From Octopus bimaculoides (Eukaryota), in NCBI RefSeq assembly GCF_001194135.2, contig NC_068982.1, positions 103,077,640 through 103,141,639 on the forward strand: a stretch of 64,000 nucleotides of DNA, given 5' to 3'. Under the pieces are notes generated by a model. It was not told where the DNA came from and did not search any database. It saw only the letters and a program-made list of their open reading frames with translations. Positions 63,459 through 64,000 of this stretch are shown in pieces (the stretch's first letter is position 1; each line of letters opens with the position of its first letter). The position numbers and the translations under genes were made by a program.

Positions 63459-64000
63459 AGCAGATGTTCTGGAGCTATAAATACTGGGAATGTGCAGAAA
63501 ACAACTTCTGCCACATTCCAGGGAGAAAAACTAGAAGTGGTTGATAGCTTCCGCTATCTTGGTGACCAAATTAGCAGTGTAGGTGGGTGCGCTGAAAGCG
63601 TAGCTGCTAGAATTAGAATAGCCTGGGCAAAGTTCAGAGAGCTCTTACCTCTGCTGGCGACAAAGGGTCTCTCTCTCAGAGTAAAAGGCAGATTGTATGA
63701 CGCATGTGTACGAACAGCCATGCTTCATGGCAGTGAAGCATGAGCTGTGACTGCTAAGGACATGCGTAGGCTCGCAAGGAATGAAGCCAGTATGCTCCGA
63801 TGGATGTGTAATGTCAGTGTGCATACTAGACAGAGTATCAGTACCTTGAGAGAAAAGTTGAACTTACGAAGCATCAGTTGTGGTGTGCAAGAGAGACGAC
63901 TGCGCTGGTATGGTCATGTAGCGAGAATGGATGAGGATAGCTGTGTGAAAAAGTGCCACACCTTAGCAGTTAAGGGAACCTGTGGAAGAGGTAGGCCCAG
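63459..64000 (+). mobile_element. RTE-type LINE, post-RT region, relatively young; continues past the window
   Basis: LEVVDSFRYLGD...RIRIAWAKFRELLPLL...MLHGSEA*...RRLRWYGHVARMDEDSCVKKC...GTCGRGRP, with a single stop. Confidence 0.9.

Noticed and set aside
35728-63743. Long ORF-track entries (200-373 aa) such as 37530-38216, 50719-51607 and 62622-63743
   Set aside because: They are open only because they run through N gaps and TA/TG microsatellites ([13 protein letters not shown] runs). Only the mariner and RTE parts are real.

Overview
AT-rich, microsatellite-dense eukaryotic DNA with 8 N-gaps. The repeat content resembles an octopus (cephalopod) genome; this is inference, not a search result. 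No intact protein-coding gene can be supported. The window is a graveyard of mobile elements: a Helitron 3' end, at least five Penelope-like (PLE) remnants, RTE-clade and L1/Tx1-like LINE remnants, a DD34D mariner, a DD37D (maT) remnant, mariner-, Tc2/pogo- and piggyBac-type MITEs, and several tRNA-derived SINE families (labelled A, A', B, C, D here; my labels, not database names). A few splice-bounded open segments on the + strand may be exons of a long host gene. The most interesting signal is a set of minimal type I hammerhead-ribozyme-like motifs. Three are clustered within about 550 bp at 52.0-52.6 kb, behind a decayed PLE endonuclease and separated by microsatellites. Other unexplained structures are a divergent PLE pair, a strand-biased TGCAGC cluster, a 27-bp minisatellite and an 18-bp perfect fold-back hairpin.
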